DNA of 64,000 nt from the human T2T-CHM13v2.0 reference genome, Homo sapiens: NCBI RefSeq assembly GCF_009914755.1, contig NC_060934.1; one strand, written 5' to 3'. The position numbers and the translations under genes are program-made. The stretch's first letter is position 1, and every line of letters starts with the position of its first letter. The notes beneath the pieces are model-generated. The model made no database searches. It was given only the letters and a program-made list of their open reading frames with translations, and had not been told where the DNA came from. Below are positions 62,297 through 64,000 of this stretch, piece after piece.

Positions 62297-63150
62297 TGTG
62301 GGTGGCAGAATATATTTCAGAGGTGGCTGCAGCCATATCCCTCATCCACCTGCTTTTCTATAGTAAGAACTTGCCACTACCCAGTCAATGGGTGGAGTCA
62401 TTTCCCCTCCCTGGAATCTAGACTGAGCTTAGGACTCACTTCTAACTGGAGATGACACCCCACAACTTCTGAGACTAGGTTGGAAAAAGCCACTGAGCTT
62501 CTGCCTTGTTCTGGGATACCTGCTGTGGGGGAAGCCAGTAGCTATGAATAATTCTGACCACCCTGAGCCCACAGTGCTAGAGAGGAAGGGTTTTTCTGGG
62601 GGTGGGGGGGTGGGGTGGGGTTCCAGATCCTTTATTTTCAGAGCTTGCAACAGTTGGTTAGCAATGCTAGCTAAGCTGGTATAATCCGAAGGCAATCCAC
62701 CTTTCTCTTTGGGCACTCAACCAACCGAATCTCTTTCTTACAAACAAGATCATTGACCAGTTAGGATCTGTCTCAATGTGTGTGTGGGAAGAGGTTCTCT
62801 CCCCCACACTTTTCCCAACAAGATTGTTTTATAGCCAAATGCAAATCAAATCCATAACACAGCAACTAGTCATCTCCAGTATCACTGATTCCCCCCACCC
62901 CCAGAATAGGAAGTTGAGGTAAGAGGGGAGAGACTGTGTCCTGTTATAAGAAAAATAATAGCAGGGGTTCCAGCTCCTGCCAGGGTTCCAGCTAACAGCC
63001 TGGTCAGTGGACAGCCATTGACTGTGCCCACATGAGAGATTCTAAGTAGGAACTACCTAGGCGATGAGCCCCTCTCAATTTCCTGATCCACAAATTCATG
63101 AGCAAAATAAAATGTTTTGAAGTAATTTGTTACGTAGCTACAGAAACTGG
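62297..63150 (+). mobile_element. MLT1F/H-like MaLR LTR interrupted by a ~310-bp segment
   Basis: tgtgggtggcagaatat start; ttcctgatccacaaattcatgagcaaaataaaatg...taatttgttacgtagc end. Non-MLT sequence at ~62590-62910. Confidence 0.65.
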
Positions 63151-64000
63151 AGTATTCTGAAGCTTTAGTTATCAGAGATACACTACATATTCTTAAAAAC
63201 ATCCTTCAAGCAAAATTTATTTCATTTCATTTCATGTCTTAAAAACACTTGGGAGCAGGGAGTAGGTTGTCACAAAATCAAACAAAGACCGAAAACTGTC
63301 TAGTAAAAATATGCAGCTTTAGGCTAGAGTAAAATGATAATAGTAATACAATTCTAATTTTTGTTTCTCTTCTGTCAGGCCCTACATATATATTTCATTG
63401 TTTAACTTTCATTCCAACTCTGTAAGGTGTGTCTATTTTAGAGATGAAGAAACTGAGGCTCAGAAAATGTTAAATGACTCATTATGTGCCACATAGCCAG
63501 AGCTTGGATTTGAACGTTGCTGGACCTGACTCTAGAGCCTGTCCTGCAGTGGCTGGAAGAGTTGTTAATGAGAAGAGTTAAATTACAGGATGTCCTGTCC
63601 TTGGATCCAAGGGTTTGGGACCCTTAGGTATCATTTAGTTCAATGCTGGGGACTCCTGGCCCATCAGGGCCACCTAGGGGAGTGTTTTAAAATCCACATT
63701 ACCAGACAATGTTCACTTGGAGTCTTAGGTCTGTGGTAGGGTGTTTTCTAGAAGGTTCTGACCCTTCTCAAATTGAAGTCTCTGATTTAGTTCAGCCTCC
63801 CCCATTGCAGAGGCCCTGGGTGGGGAAGCAGCTTGCTCCACAGCATGGAGTAGCTCAGTTGGTGAGCTGGGGCAGAGAGCAGAGGGGCAGAGAGCAGCTG
63901 GGGCAGAGACCAGGGCAGAGAGCTGATGCCCAGAGAGGGTGCTCCTCCATGCTGCTCTAGAGGAATTTTGGAGGGCTGATAGCAGAAGTGACTTGCACCC

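Overview
Primate (almost certainly human) genomic DNA, not prokaryotic. The only host coding sequence I can support is the first coding exon of PLPP4 (PPAPDC1A, phospholipid phosphatase 4). It has its ATG at 21383, encodes MRELAIEIGVRALLFGVFV, ends at a GT|GTAAGT donor after 21438, and lies inside a CpG-island promoter. Bases 1-20.7 kb are upstream intergenic DNA holding a twin-primed 5'-inverted L1PA2/3, a decayed full-length L1PA element, MER1A, Alus and old LTRs. Bases 21.4-64 kb appear to be intron 1 (I did not find exon 2 by eye), filled with Alu, MIR, L1M, CR1/L3, MaLR/ERVL LTRs and MADE MITEs. I cannot support a new multi-gene biological system here. The most unusual structures are: (1) a ~430-bp local inverted duplication (29717-30760, ~90% identical arms, 180-bp spacer) whose breakpoint cuts a MADE2 element; (2) a 40-bp templated copy of the adjacent junction pasted 1.36 kb upstream; (3) an L1 antisense ORF0 that stays open for 155 aa and runs out of the element while ORF1/ORF2 are broken; (4) a composite Alu-unique-Alu insertion under one apparent TSD; (5) a tail-less Alu fusing THE1-int to an MLT2 LTR. 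Repeat subfamily names come from recalled consensus features, not a database search.
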